A DNA stretch of 64,000 bases from Podarcis tiliguerta (GCA_965153285.1 OZ229112.1), one strand, 5' to 3'; positions 36,606 to 50,422 are shown, counted from the first letter of the stretch. Made by a program: numbers and translations. Notes: a model not told the origin generated them from the sequence alone.

Positions 36606-38244
36606 CAGCCTTTATCAGTACAGTACAACTCTCAGCCTGCAAGTTCTAAATGCTCATTATGCCCAATGAAAGTTTTTCTCTTCTGGGAAAAATACTCAAA
36701 ATAATATAACTGCTAAACCACTGAAATTACAGATTTATCTGTAACTGAAAAGTTGAAATGCTTGAGCATTAGAAGTTGAAGTGTGCAAAGCTTTAATGGG
36801 GATACTCATGTTTGCATGATTTATTCTTTTAAACAGATGGACTTTAGTAGGAGGTGTAATTCTTTCAGCACATAAACTATTAGCCAGTGTTACTTCTTGT
36901 GTGGGTGGTGCGAGTCTTATATCAGCATACCATAATAGTATACTTGTTTCAGAGCTAGACTCCCCCCCCCCAATCAACATGAATTTTTAAAGAAGAGCTC
37001 TATTTAAATCTGTGAATCTGTCAGGCATTTAAATCTAGGTTTTGTCACATGGATAACATGGAGAATAATTGTTTCATCCCCACCAACCCTCAGTCTTTTC
37101 ATTTTTCTGTAGATCTGTATTTGCTGTGGGTAGTTGTACCAGTCTAATTTTATTTACCTTGAGGGCACAGTGTTTAATAATACCGAGCTGCACAAACTAT
37201 AACAGGCAGCACCTTAATCTTGGTAGTTTTGTATTTATATTTACACTTCTGCTTGTGTTTTCCCCAATCTTTTAAGAAAGAATTTGATACTAATGTGTGT
37301 GTGCATGCAGGCCCAATTTTACTTGGGCTGCATCCAGTTCCCCTTTCCCCCCTAGGGGCACCTGTCTTCTGCCACATACCCATCAAGAATAATTGCACCA
37401 TCTGGAAGACTTTTATGTACCTGTAACTTGGGTTGAATATCTCTAGAGAACTGAATTCCGGTGGAATGCGAATGTGACCCCTGGAGCCATGTCAAGTGAC
37501 TGCAGTAGCTTCTAGTTACTAAAGGATGGCCACCTTAGGCTTTATTTGTTTCAAGTCTTAGGCAATTTGCTGTAGTGAAGATAGAGTATGTGTTGCTAAT
37601 GTAATTTTGTTTACTACCTTCGTTGAAAAAGAACTTCAGCTTTTTCTTAGCTGATAACGTGGACAAACCAACAGTAAATAAACGTAAGGAGTGTTAGGTG
37701 ATACAGATAATATGAGCAGGTGCCATACTGCTTGTCAACTACTTTTGTCTATCAATTCCTGCTCTGTACTTTGTCCACTGACATTTCTCTCTGTCTAGGG
37801 TTCTACTAATTAGCAGCTGTTTTTAGACTGGAGTACTTCCCGGGTTAATCACGTGTTTCTTCCTCCGTATTCTATTTTTATCTATTCTCTATCATATGGT
37901 AATAGACTTCATTTATATTTTCATTCAGCCTAAGCGAGGATGGCTGTGAAAACTGAACTTGTCTTCTAACATTATAACTTTAGTTTGCAACTTCGTTTGA
38001 AATTGGTCGTATAACTTGCATAATCACCATACCTATCCAGAAAATACTCTATGCCATTGCATATTGATTGCTTTTCCAATTATATAAGCCATCTCTATAT
38101 GCTATATATATTGGTATCCCTCTGCTAATACTGTTTAGACACCACATCTCCCGTCATTCCTGATCATACAATATGGTGGCTGATGCTGATGGTAGTTGTA
38201 GCCCAAAACATCTTTAGCCACCAAGATGGAGAAAGCTAGCCTTA

Positions 38245-38465
38245 GGGCTGGTCCATACTTTGCTTGTCCCATGCTTAGAAAACATGGGTCTGAGTGGTTT
38301 TCCATTTGTCCCACTGCTTTCTCCAGGAAAACCTGCTCTTTACTGCTGAATTAGAGCAAATCTCAAGCCCTGTAAACAGCAAGTGATGTTTGTTCCGATT
38401 CAGTGGTAAAAAGCAGGTTTTTCCTGGGGGAAAGCAGCAAGACGAGCGGGAGTGTGGCTGAGCCG
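38245..38465. mobile_element. Palindromic PIF/Harbinger-like MITE
   Basis: TTA on both sides (38242-38244 and 38466-38468), GGGC...GCCG termini, and internal arms at about 38314-38360 and 38389-38437. Confidence 0.6.
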
Positions 38466-38541
38466 TTAGTGTTGAGAATGATATAGAAGCTGTAATTTTG
38501 AGAGATCAGGAGCAAGCTGCAGTGAGCCTTGGACTTGCATA

Positions 38542-38692
38542 CAGTGGTACCTCGGGTTACATACATTTCAGGTTACATACGCTTCAGGTTACAGACTCCG
38601 CTAACCCAGAAAAAGTGCCTCGGGTTAAGAACTTTGCTTCAGGATGAGAACATAAATTGTGCTCCGGTGGCACGGCAGCAGCAGGAGGCCCC
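38542..38692 (+). mobile_element. Tigger-like MITE, right-truncated
   Basis: TA|CAGTGGTACCTCGGGTTAC with internal TTCAGGTTAC repeats. Same family as 39236-39466. Confidence 0.8.
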
Positions 38693-39002
38693 TCCATGAA
38701 GACTAGATATTCTGTTTTGGTGCCCACAACCCAGGTCCCAGAAGCCATTTTGCTCCTAGCTTTTCAATCCCAGTTTCTAACGCTGTACGTAATGTGGAGC
38801 TTTCTAAAGAAGCAGTAGAGAACTATAGATTCTAAAGTGAAAGCAGAAGTTCATTCTCTCCTCTCACACATAGAGGAGAACAGGGCAGGACACAAGCTGT
38901 GGCTCATCCTCAGTCATCTAAATTGGTCTTAGGAAAAATTATTTGAATGTTCAAAATTCTGATCTGACTTAACTTTTTTCTTTCTTTTTTTCTTTTTTGC
39001 AG

Positions 39003-39137
39003 AGGTTTTGTGTTGGATAGCAGGAACAACCTGCAGATGAGAGGCTTGGTGGTTTTACTTATATCTAAGGCAGCTGGGCCCGGCATAACAGCAGACAGCT
39101 CCCTCCAAAATGATATGATCAGTGGGATACATTCTAG
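39003..39137 (+). CDS. PDSS2: PDSS2 coding exon 2 (135 nt)
   Basis: Long polypyrimidine tract plus CAG acceptor (39000-39002). Reads (R)[44 protein letters not shown](S) in frame with exon 1. Donor AG|GTAAGA at 39138. Not in the ORF track. Confidence 0.95.
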
Positions 39138-39235
39138 GTAAGAATTTTCTAATACAAAAGATGCAGAGTCACATCTATTTTCTTTTCAGATTATGCCAAT
39201 ATGTGTGTGGTAGTTTTTTTCAAAATATGCAAATA

Positions 39236-39466
39236 CAGTGGCACCTCGGGTTACAGACACTTCAGGTTACAGATGCTTCAGGTTACAGACTCCGCTAACC
39301 CAGAAGTAATACCTTGGGTTAAGAACTTTGCTTCAGGATGAGAACAGAAATCGCCCTGTGGCAGCGGGAGGCCCCATTAGCTAAAGTGGTACCTCAGGTT
39401 AAGAACAGTTTCAGGTTAAGAACGGACCTCCAGAACAAATTAAGTTCTTAACCCAAGGTACCACTG
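39236..39466 (+). mobile_element. Tigger-like MITE, full length
   Basis: TIRs CAGTGGCACCTCGGGTTA / TAACCCAAGGTACCACTG with a TA TSD on both sides. Confidence 0.88.
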
Positions 39467-42400
39467 TACTGTTGAGATATATGAGAATAATATTCAGAAA
39501 GACAGTTTCCCTTCCTCTTTCCATCTATGCTTCATTAAAAAGAAAAGTTGTATAGTGCTTTTTGTATATGATGATCTCTACAATCCTTACTATTATCCCT
39601 GTTTGCAACAACTCTATGAGATCCTTATATAGGCATTTCCCAGATAGGGTGCTGCACTGAAAAATAGTGTTCTAAGTGAATGCACAGCAGCAGGATTTTC
39701 TTTCCACATAGATAGTTTTATTGTAGCAAAAGCACTCATCTTTTCCATCCAGGCCCAAGTACTGCACGTATCACTTTCCAGTCTGTGTTTGACCTTATAT
39801 TACTTCTTATTGTCCTGATAAAAAGGGTCTATTTTTCAGTGAAATTATTATTAAACCGCTTTGAGGGTTGTTGTTTTACAATCAAGCGGTGTGTTAATTT
39901 TATGAAATAAATAAATAAATAATAAAATTGTTAAATTGCCTTCCTTCATTTGGATCACCTCCCATACCTTGGTATCCAATCTTCCAATACTGGTGCATTG
40001 ATCTCCCCTCCCCCCCAAAAAAGCAACCTGAATTGTAACTAATTGTTGAATGGGCAGCTGTTAGTAGGTGTACAACTATATTCCTGCCTTCTAACATGAC
40101 TAGGTATTTTACATAACCAAAAAGCATAACTAATAGATTGGCTCATAACTTATATCCAGTAGTGATGGCTCTTTTACTGTCTCTGGTAGAAATCATTGGC
40201 TTCCATTGCAGCAAAATGCTGATTCAGGATATGGGAGAAATTAATGTGGGAGAAATTAATGAGGTGTATATAGGTAGAATGAATGACTTGGCCTCTGCAA
40301 ACCATGGTCCAAATATCTGAGGGCGGGGGGAAGCCTGTGCAGATGTCTTTGTCTTCTTATAATAATGAGTGTTTTGGCAGTGGTGATATGTAATATGTAA
40401 GGAGCAGTTCTTGCCGGAACCACAAGATGAAGATATATGCTGCATCCTTGTAAGATTACTACCTATTTTCCAAACATAATAATAATACAGTTTGACCTAC
40501 TGAGGCACTGAGTTAGCTGTATATCTTCATTGACTGTTACTTTTCCAGGGTGTTTTAAAGAAAGACAGGTAATCAGTATCTGATCACAAAGATTTTCTGT
40601 TTTAGGAAGTTGAACAGAAGTCACATGTGGATCTTGAACCATTCATAGGAAATATGATGTTGACCAGTTTTCCAAACCAAGAAACCTTCATCAAATCACT
40701 CTTGGATCACTGAGAATTACCAAAATAATGACCATGGAAAACTGATTCAAATGTGACAGTTCTAGATGATTGGTCACGTAGGGGTCATTGTTAAGAGTAG
40801 CTGCATTTAACTTGCAGTGTGGTGATGATCCTTACAGAATGTCTTTATTTAGAAGATGCCTGGAAAAGCTTTTGTGCTGTGCCCAGATATAAGAAAATTA
40901 GACAAGGTGTGATTGCATCAACAGCAGTTTTTTGTGCAGCAAGAAGTAGTTTTGGATGTGTGGGCAGCTGTTGTCAGGAATGAAGTTGGGTGGTGGTAAT
41001 AAAGATTTGGATTGGAAGTTGGGTGATGTGAAGGAACCATAGCCCCAGTCCTGATCAGGGTCCTATGTGGCTATTATTTATGCATTTAATGCATCATCTA
41101 CATTTTTTATGCTGAATCCTGTATGATTTGAAGATGTAGCAACCTGTCAGTAGTGATAATGCGGAATCCTTACTTGTGCTGGCTCCCTGGTTCACTGTCA
41201 CTCTCTTTAGTAGGCTGCAAGGGAACTTAAGGTGTACCTGCTGCATGGTAGTGGTGAACAATTTTGCCTGATAGCAGCATGGAGCTATTGTGCTGAAGGA
41301 CTCAATGGTCACTGCTGTTACTGACATGAACCCATGATAGAGTGGTTTGGTGGTGGGTGCAGGCACCTGAAAGTTCCCTTCCCTGGCAGAAGGGCAGTTT
41401 TCTAAGCTTTCGTGTGCATATAAAGATTTTACTCATGTCTAATATATTTAGGTGCCTGTTTCAGATGCATGGAGGAAGGGCATGCCAACTGCACACACGG
41501 TACATTGTCTATACAGTATTATGCACTATATGCTAGCATGTTGATGTAAAAGTCCTACTGAAGAATTCCCAGGTTCTTAGCAAATCTGCCATGCCAACAT
41601 ATGGCTCTGACTTCAATACATGGCTTGTAGATGCATTTCTGTTGAAAGATATTCAGAAAATTTAATTATGCTTCCCAGTAGAACAGGCATAAATTAAGCA
41701 AAATGTAACCCTCCTCCTTCCCTAACTGAAGATCAGCAACTGATATAGGTTTCCATGCATCAAGAAAGCATTTTGCAAATGTTAAAATGAGAACAAACTA
41801 TTAAAAAAACAGTGGAAGGGAATTGCCTTAATAATAGAAATGAGCTGACGCCAACTTTCCAAAATGCATCTGATTAATCTGATCCTGTCCCAGAGGCGGC
41901 AGCAGTTGCAAGGCTCAGAAGGGATTTTTATCCCTTCCCTGCTGCTGATTATAGCAGCACACCTGGTGATAGGGGCAAGGGCTCAGAGGCAGCTTGCCAT
42001 CTCCTTTAACTGTTTAGCATCATCACATGTACATAGCAAGGCCCATCTGCTTCATTGGTAAATTTTGCCAAAAGCAGAGGAAACAAGCACCATGATGAGG
42101 TGAAAATTGTGGCTGGGGGAGAGGATGGAATAAATCCCTTTAAAGCAAGTTTAAATGTTAGAGGGTTCAAAGTGTTGCTGGAGGGAAATTGGGGATTCCA
42201 CCCCCTATTAATTAAAAACATAGGGTCCCCCCACACTTTGGTGCCTTTCTTATTAATTAATGCTTGTTCTCAAAGCATTAATAGCATGTCATATCCATCC
42301 TTGTTTACTGATAAATAATTTTCTTTGGTAATTCAAGCTTTAATTTTACTCTCTCTCAGTGGACCTTATATTAATGTTTAGAACTGGAAAAAACCAATAA

Positions 42401-42667
42401 TAGCTACCCTTGAAGTGTAAAATGTTATATATATATATATATATATATGTTGTTTTTATGATTTTGAAAAAGTCTATGCCCTTTTGATAAAACGTCTCAT
42501 TTCTTGAAAGCCTATCTGCTCACCTACCTTATGAAGCACTGTCTTTATCCAACAGTGTATATGTGATATGCAAGTGACCATTGTAAGGTTGTGGAACCCA
42601 TTCAGAAATCATAAGATAGTAAAGTTTTTATCCGTCATCCCTTCTGTACAGGTGTATGCACATGCAT

Positions 42668-42870
42668 GTTTATTTATCACAGTTTATGTCCCACCTTTTC
42701 ACTCAAGGAGCTGAAGGTGGTGTACATGGTTTTCCCCTCCCCAGCTTATCATCACAACAAACAACCCTGTGAGGTAGGTTAGGCTGATAGACAGTGACTG
42801 GCCCACAGTTACCCAGTGAGCTTCATGACTTGAGCAGAAATTCATACCCTGGTATCCCAGGCCCAACACT
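42668..42870 (-). mobile_element. MIR-like core SINE
   Basis: CACAACAACCCTGTGAGGTAGG...GACTGGCCCA..GTTACCCAG core in reverse orientation, with an AT-rich tail. Confidence 0.65.
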
Positions 42871-43450
42871 TGAGAAGGACTTACTAGTACTAAAGCCATT
42901 AATACCCACAAATCAGTGCTTCCATCATACAACTATGTTACATAGCTTTGAATGTAAGCAGTAAGATTGGCCAAATTTCTGCAATAATAAAAGCTTTCTT
43001 TACTTGGATGAGGCAAATTTTTATTTCAGTGTTTGTTTGACACTTGGAATACCAAATGATTTTCAGCTGTTTCATCTTGATCTGAGAAATGAAACAAATA
43101 TTTTGAAACAAGTGCCACTTAACTATATTTGAAAATGTGTTCTTGTTCATGCATCATAGGGCTGAATCCATCAGTATTGTCACTTTCCAGCTACATCGGT
43201 ATGGCTATATATTTTTAAAGCTATGTGGAAATATTTCAGGGAAACACTTGGACAGATGAGCATCTGTTCACAGGTTTGGTGGTGTCTGTACATAATTGGC
43301 AATGCATATTAATGGGAATCTGTTTACCTTGCTTCAGTTTGTCTTGCATAGTCATTGCAAATAAACTTTTAACTAGAGTTTTGAAGGCACGAACCTAAAA
43401 TTCAGAAAATAGCATGCAGTTTAATCTACCTATTATGTGCAAAACTATTG

Positions 43451-43510
43451 CCATTTTTTTAATGGTCCTTACCTTCTCCATTTTTTTAATGGTCCTTACC
43501 TTTTCCATTT
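43451..43510. repeat. 27-bp tandem duplication
   Basis: CCATTTTTTTAATGGTCCTTACCTT(C/T)T x2. Confidence 0.85.
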
Positions 43511-43562
43511 TAAAATATTTTTTATTTGATAAAATTATCAGAACATACAGAAAGTTAAATAT

Positions 43563-43771
43563 AAAGGTAAAAGTAAAGGACCCCTGGACAGTTAAGTCCA
43601 GTCAAACCTGACTATGGGGTGTGGTGCTCATCTTGCTTCAGGCTGAGGGAGCTGGTGTTTGTCCACAGACAGCTTTCTGGGTTATGTGCTTCTGGCACAA
43701 TGGGACACCTTGACAAGTGCCAGAGCACATGGAAACGCCGTTTACCTTTCTGCAACAGCGGTACCTATTTA
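43563..43771 (-). mobile_element. Sauria SINE 3' half
   Basis: AAAGGTAAAAGTAAAGGACCCCTGGACAGTTAAGTCCAGTC..., the reverse complement of the (ACCTTT)n tail region. Confidence 0.8.
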
Positions 43772-44221
43772 AAGCCACCTTTCTGTAAGATAAAATATAT
43801 TTGCCTTCGGCAGACTATTACTCTGTTTAAGGGGTTTGACTAATCACATTATTAATAGCTCAGTTAAATGTTCTTTATAAAAATTACTACTGGGCTTGAT
43901 ATTTTGCAAGTTTTAATGCAGCTGAAGATTTGTGGCATGGCATCAATTTAAATAATATAATATCCCACAATTTCCCAGCCTTTCTTGTTTCAAAGGTATC
44001 TCCTTACATGTCCAGTGATTAGCATAAACCAGTCTAGAAATTAGTGACAAGAGTGACTGTTTTGTTCTGAGGACTAAATCTGGTATAACAGTTAAAAGAC
44101 AAACAAAAGTTTTGGTACATTAAAAATAATGAAGGACAATACTGCCTTTATTTGTTCCCAAATTCAGAACTCTATAAGATGTCCACCATGTATAGATGGA
44201 GTTTGCTCTTTTTTTGGTACA

Positions 44222-44562
44222 TAGAATTGTAGAGTTTTAGTCCAACTTCCTGCAATGCAGGAATGTCAGCTAAAGCATCCATGGCAGATGGTCTTCCAAC
44301 CTCTGCTTATAAACCTCCAATGAAGGAGAGTCCACTTCTGAGAGTCTGTTCCACTGTTGAACAGCTCTTATTGTCAGAAACTTCTTCATGTTTTGTTGGA
44401 ATCTCCTTTCTTGTAACCTGGATCCATTGGTTCGAGACTTACACTCCAGAGCCGGAGAGAACAAGCTTGCTCCATCTTCCATGTGACAGTCCTTTAGATA
44501 TTTGAAAATGGCTATCATATCTCCTCTCAGTTTCTTCTTTTCCAGATTAAACATTCCAAGCT
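44222..44562 (-). mobile_element. CR1 LINE 3' fragment
   Basis: ORF FNLEKKKLRGDMIAIFKYLK...RTNG..LQERRF...FLTIRAVQQWNRL...SPSLEVYKQRL, the CR1 ORF2 C-terminus. Confidence 0.88.
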
Positions 44563-44602
44563 ACATATACCCAACTCCAAATTATTGACAGAGAAGTAGA
44601 TT

Positions 44603-44838
44603 GTTGTTGTTGTTGTTTAGTCGTTTAGTTGTGTCCGACTCTTCGTGACCCCATGGACCAGAGCATGCCAGGCACTCCTGTCTTTCACTGCCTCCCGCAG
44701 TTTGGTCAAACTCATGTTGGTAGCTTCAAGAACACTGTCCAACCATCTCGTCCTCTGTCGTCTCCTTCTCCTTGTGCCCTCAATCTTTCCCAACATCAGG
44801 GTCTTTTCCAGGGAGTCTTCTTTTCTCAAGGTGGCCAA
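44603..44838 (-). mobile_element. BovB (RTE) LINE 3' fragment
   Basis: EDSLEKTLMLGKIEGTRRRRRQRTRWLD...AWHALVHGVTKSRTQLN with a (CAA)n tail. Near-perfect TSD AGAAGT(A/G)GATT at 44592-44602 and 44839-44849. Confidence 0.9.
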
Positions 44839-47800
44839 AGAAGTGGATTACTAGTGATAATGGCTATATGGAAAGGTCTGTTAATGTGTCTGAACTTGGC
44901 CACCAAAAATTATTTCTAGTAGTCACTAGGAATATAGTAAAAGTATTCCTGAACACATCCAATTGTCTTTCTGTCTTCACGGTTATGTGGCACAGTACTA
45001 GCAATAACTATTTCCAACTTTATAGGTATTGTCTAATTTCCGAAACGTTAAATGTCATTGTATTGGCATAGTTATGCAACAGTAGACTCTGCCTGATATC
45101 TGCTGATCCAACAGCTCCTAGTACATCTTTCTCTTGAACAGCCCTACTTCCAATCTCCAGGGCTCCTGTTTGACTACAGATACAGCTCTTGTGCAGGTTC
45201 CTGATGGAACATATCAGTCCTGAAACTGGCATTGCACAAATGCACCATGCCACAGTTCCAGACCTTGCCTTGGTCAGAGCAGGGCCGATGCTGGTAAATC
45301 TTGGCCAGGTAGGTGGGGTACCTGAAAGGAAGGTGGAAGCATCTTTTACGTATGGAGCTCCTGATTGCAGATGGTCCTTTTGCCTGATTTTTCAGCGATG
45401 CCTCTACCCTCCATTGTCACAACCAGCCTCATTCAGGTTGTTCAGGAGAGACTTCCAGGAAGCTGCTGGGGGAACACCCCCCTCCCTTTACCATATGCTT
45501 TTCTCTGATTCCAGCCCAAAATCTTGTGTTTAATTATCTTCCTTTTAGAATTCATAGTGGATTTTGAAAACATGTTTTCACATTTCAGTGGCAACTGTTA
45601 AGTAAGGTCAGTTGTTTAAACTATCACTGTATATTTGAAATGATATCAATTGCAGTGGTGATTCTAAGGCAGAAAGTTCTTAATTTAAGATGTCACAGTC
45701 CCAGCAGGTTGACTCCTGTATGGAAGAAGTGATGTTATGCAGACTTCCACCATGCCTGCATGATGAGGAGCATAAGTGCCATGACCATATGATCTGTGGG
45801 GTTGGGCCAATTGAGACTGAGGACTGTCCTGTTCACAGTGCCACTACATACCATTATTTGGCTGCTGCATTTTGGACTTTCAAATGCAGCCCTATCCAGA
45901 ATTCAATAGAATAGCTGTTTGTTACTGTAGCATGTATGACTGTGGCTAGGACTGCTTTCTTCAGGCAAGGGCACAGCTTGCTTACCAGCCAAAAGTGGAT
46001 AAAAGGGATCTTGGCCACTCCCACCACTTGGGCATGCAGAAGTAACTCCAGATCCAGCAGCACCCACAAGATGAATATCCAGTTCTTCCAAGGGAATGCA
46101 ACCCCAACAGGAGCAGTGTGTACACCTTTTGAATGGCCCCCAAATGGTTGCTTTGACTGGACTGGATAAAATTTTATTTTCTTCATCCTCATTCTGTCTT
46201 TCGCTGATGTCAAACAAATGCAAAGAAATAAATTCAAGGCTAGCAGTTCAGTTTGGGGTTTTTTGTTTTTGCTGATTCCACCACTTTTCTTAGTTTGTAG
46301 CCTTAATATTTGAATGTCTTTATTTATAATCTTTATTTATCTTTATTTATAACAATTCAGTCATTGTATTTATCTGTCTTACTAATCATAGGTTTTGATA
46401 CATACAAATTATATTTCTATTCTATCTCTTGGTACATTCTGCTGGATAATTAAAAAAAATTTTAAGAGACCTTTGATCTATCATTTCTATAACATAAAAT
46501 ATAACTTAATTTTATTCCTGACCATAATGGCTTTAACCTTGTGTACTAATTTGAATATGCTTGTGGAGGTAGAATCTTAAATGAGACACAAATGAAGGGA
46601 AAATTGCTAATGCTGGCACTGTATATCTAATGAGTACGGTGTAATAAACCATAACCTCTTCAACAGTTCTGTGGAAAACAGTGTGATTATTTTGGATGGA
46701 TGGCTCTTTGTGTATGGCTCATTACCATCTGGCATAATCTGTATTGATATAGACTGTAATTGTGAACTATTTGACATGCTGCTTTTAATAAATGTGACTT
46801 GGCTGGTTTGGGCTGGTATATAGGAAACTGTAACAAGGGAGTTAAAAGCTGTCTTTCAGATCTGAATCCCAGTCCAGATTCCTTGTGTGCGGGAAAAGAC
46901 CACCTCCACAGATCCTCCTCTACAGAACAGATGGTCAGCTCTGGGGGGGGGGTGTGTGTGTGTTTAGAATTAGTTTTGCTCAAACAGGTGATTGGTGATG
47001 TTAGATTAGATATAGGTATAGACTATGCCAGCTGTTAAGTAGTACCTCCACTCTATATCCTAACCTAGCTTCTGGATTGAGAGACTCCACCCACCCTTCT
47101 ATCCTGTTGCATCCTGTTGGATCAAGTGAAGGAGCAGCCAATTTGCAGATAGGTGCTTGATATTATGTTCTTGCTTTCTGAATCAGGACAAGTGCAGTTA
47201 ACTTCCAGTGCAAAAAAGGAAAAGTTTAGCTGGAGGACATATTGAGGCAGTTTTTGCACTCTTCCATCACTCCTGGAATTCTTCCCACAAGGCAGTTGGT
47301 AGTAAATGGCCCTGTGGAGCCTTGGGGGCTTGCAGCTCTGATTAGGTACTTTCTAGTTAGTTTATTTAACAAGCCTCAGAAACCATGGTTTGAAGATGGC
47401 TTGTCTTGCAACAGACTGGTGTTCGTTACGAACGATGATCTCTGGTTCCCTTTTGATGACAAGTTGAGATGAGGGAGCAATGAAACTAAACGTTGCTGGA
47501 GTCTTCCTCCAGCTGCATGAGACAAAGGAGAGAAATCCTTTTAGACAGACCACACATGCACATCACAGGCCTAGAGACCCTTTTAGACACACCGTACTTT
47601 CTGTTTTCTCCTACAGACATACACATCCTTCATATATACCACGTCCCCTGGCAGTGCACTGAAGGAAGTTCAGTTTAAAACAATGGGCTGCGACCTTAAC
47701 AGACACAAGACAAAAGGGTGGGGGCGAAGGGTCAGGGACACAAGAGGAAAGTAAGTACATTCACCAGGCCTTACATTATGATTACCCAGTGACCAAATGG

Positions 47801-48951
47801 AGTGGGTGTTTGTGAGGGCAATCCTGGAGGAGCCAAGCAGCAATTGGTCCCAGTGAGGTTGATGAGCAGAGGATAGGCTCACTGCCCCACTTCTTCAGGT
47901 GTAGCTATGTGGAAATGCTTACCAGAGTGAGGGGGGAGGGAAGCATCCCTTGCCAATAAAACATAATAAATCTTAATTCTCACAAATAATGGGCCACAAA
48001 AAATGAATTAAATACTAGGGGCATGATCCAGACTCGCCTCTGTTCACAGCTCTGTATGTGTGGCAGGAAGATTTCTGATACAGGGATAGCCAAGCTCAAG
48101 GAGTTGGACTGGATAACTAAATATGTTTGCTAAAATAACTTTATATTTTTAATACTAAAAACTATAAAATATTAACGGTTGTTAGATTCCCAATTTCTGT
48201 TTAAAAATTATTTGAAAACTGTTAAATCTAAGGAGTTTAGATTCATGTGTGTTGTGCCATTTAGTTACACTGTAATGTGGTTTCCAGAACATGCACTGAC
48301 AAATCCACAACACTTGATCATTGTTATTATGAACGCCCATTGTTTGCAATGTAATACAATCCTGAGACAGGACAGTGCCCTTCAGATGCAAGGGTAGATT
48401 TAATATTGAGACAACGCAAGCATCTAGAAGTAAATGATTATCTGCACACTGCATTTTCTAAGAGACCCCCTTCCTGCTGCATCAGAATTTGTATACGTAG
48501 CAATGAGTTCCATGAGTTCCACGTTTTTCTTACTTAATTGTAGAGTAAAAGTTATTATTAGGGATAAATCAAATGCTCTGTAATATGATCTAAGGAAATG
48601 TGAACATATTATAGATTGGTGGGGTTTTAATGCATTTCGGTAGAATCAACCAAGTCAATTGGAAATTCTGCTGCAAATGGTATGTCAAATACAAAAAAAC
48701 CAAAACCCATTTATTCTGTGTGAAATAGTGAAAAATAAACTGGCTGCGCTCTAGGCATCTTTTGCAAGATTGAGCTTGTTATGGTACATTGCCATGTATT
48801 ATAATCCGGATAGTACAGTTTTATTTGATTATATATATATACCCACTCAGCTCAGCTGCTTCAGAGCTACTTCATAGCATAGAAAGTATACACTGCCTCA
48901 TTTAAAGCAAATTGTGGCGCTTGAGCTGTTTACCTTAGTCTACTAGGAAGT

Positions 48952-49244
48952 GTAAGGAAATCAGCCCTGAGTGCTCACTAGAAGGACAGATCGTGAAGCT
49001 GAGGCTCCAGTACTTTGGCCACCTCATGAGAAGAGAAGACTCCCTGGCAAAGACCCTGATGTTGAGAAAGATGGAGGGCACAAGAAGAAGAGGACGACAG
49101 AGGACGAGATGATTGGACAGTGTTCTCGAAGATACAAACATGAGTTTGACCAAACTGCGGGAGGTTGTGGAAGACAGAAGTGCCTGGCGTGCTCTGGTCC
49201 ATGGGGTTACGATGAGTCGGACACGACTAAACAACTAAACAACA
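48952..49244 (+). mobile_element. BovB (RTE) LINE 3' fragment
   Basis: AAGCTGAGGCTCCAGTACTTTGGCCACCTCATG...GAGTCGGACACGACTAAACAACTAAACAAC, with a 10-bp TSD ACTAGGAAGT (48942-48951 and 49245-49254). Confidence 0.9.
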
Positions 49245-50387
49245 ACTAGGAAGTATGAGAGGGATCTCCCCATTCAGACTTCCCTTTGTGGCTTTCCCAT
49301 ACTCCTTTTGTGCTCAGTGCGTGAAACAACTTGGATTGTGGTAGAAGGGTAAATTGCTGGACCTCAGAATAGTAGGGCTCCCAAACTGTGGACTAAGCTA
49401 AGAAGGATGATGGGCTGCCCATTGAATAGGGAAGAATGGGAGCAATGGCAGAAATGACAGTGGTGGGGACTCTTGATGAAGGGGATAAAGTCAAAGTTGG
49501 ATCTTACTTTTGCCGGTGCATCTCACGTAAAATGGGTGAGTGCATATGCGCCTTAAGCTATATCTAGTGTAAGACTTCAGGATAAGGATGCTCATCTGTA
49601 TACTGTCAACTGCAGCCATATCTCTACCCTGTCAAAATAATTAATAATTTGTGCTGATAATAGTTAACAATAATTTAGTCTTAAAGGAGTAACGTAAAAA
49701 AAGAAAGAAAAGAAAATGGATCTGACACATTAGGAAGTCAATAGGGAAAGCTGGATTTTTAAAAAATACTGTACAGCATTTCCAGTGTTTCTATTTCTTT
49801 TTTTACTCTTAATTCCCCTATTAGCTCTGTTCTGGCACATCTTATTTTTGGTGCTCTCAAAGCATAACTGTTAATTCAGTCTCACAGTTACATAATAGGC
49901 CTAAGCAAATATATATATTTTGTAAGGCTATTGCACGTGCTACTAATGTTACAGAGCTGCGGAAATGTAACTTGATGTTGCTTGGTTTGGTAAAGTATTC
50001 TCTAGGCAGGAGTCAACTCAGTTGTTACTGGTGCAGACCAATCTCCACTTGTACAATGGGACTCTCCCTGTTGGGATTCACAGGATGCTGTGTAAGTAAG
50101 TCTGCAGGCTTCAGTTTGCAACAGGCTGATGCAATACTCTCTGTGGAATGACTCAGCAGTAATGTGATTGGCTGTCACTGGTTTAAAAGTAAAGCCTGTC
50201 CAATAGTAATGGTGGTGGCGTGGTGTAGATAAGTGTAGAGTCTTCTTTTGCCTCAAGGTGCAGGTACTCTGAACTGCTTCTGTAGATGTTTGTATATATA
50301 TTTAGCTCACAATAATAAATACTGCACTAAAGAACCTGGGACTCTGAGCATTCTGCTAAAAGCGCCGCGAGGAATTTGCGACACTCC

Positions 50388-50422
50388 CCCCTTCCCTTCC
50401 CTTCCCTTCCCTTCCCTTCCCC
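50388..50422. repeat. (CCCTT)n pentanucleotide repeat
   Basis: Directly visible. Confidence 0.85.
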
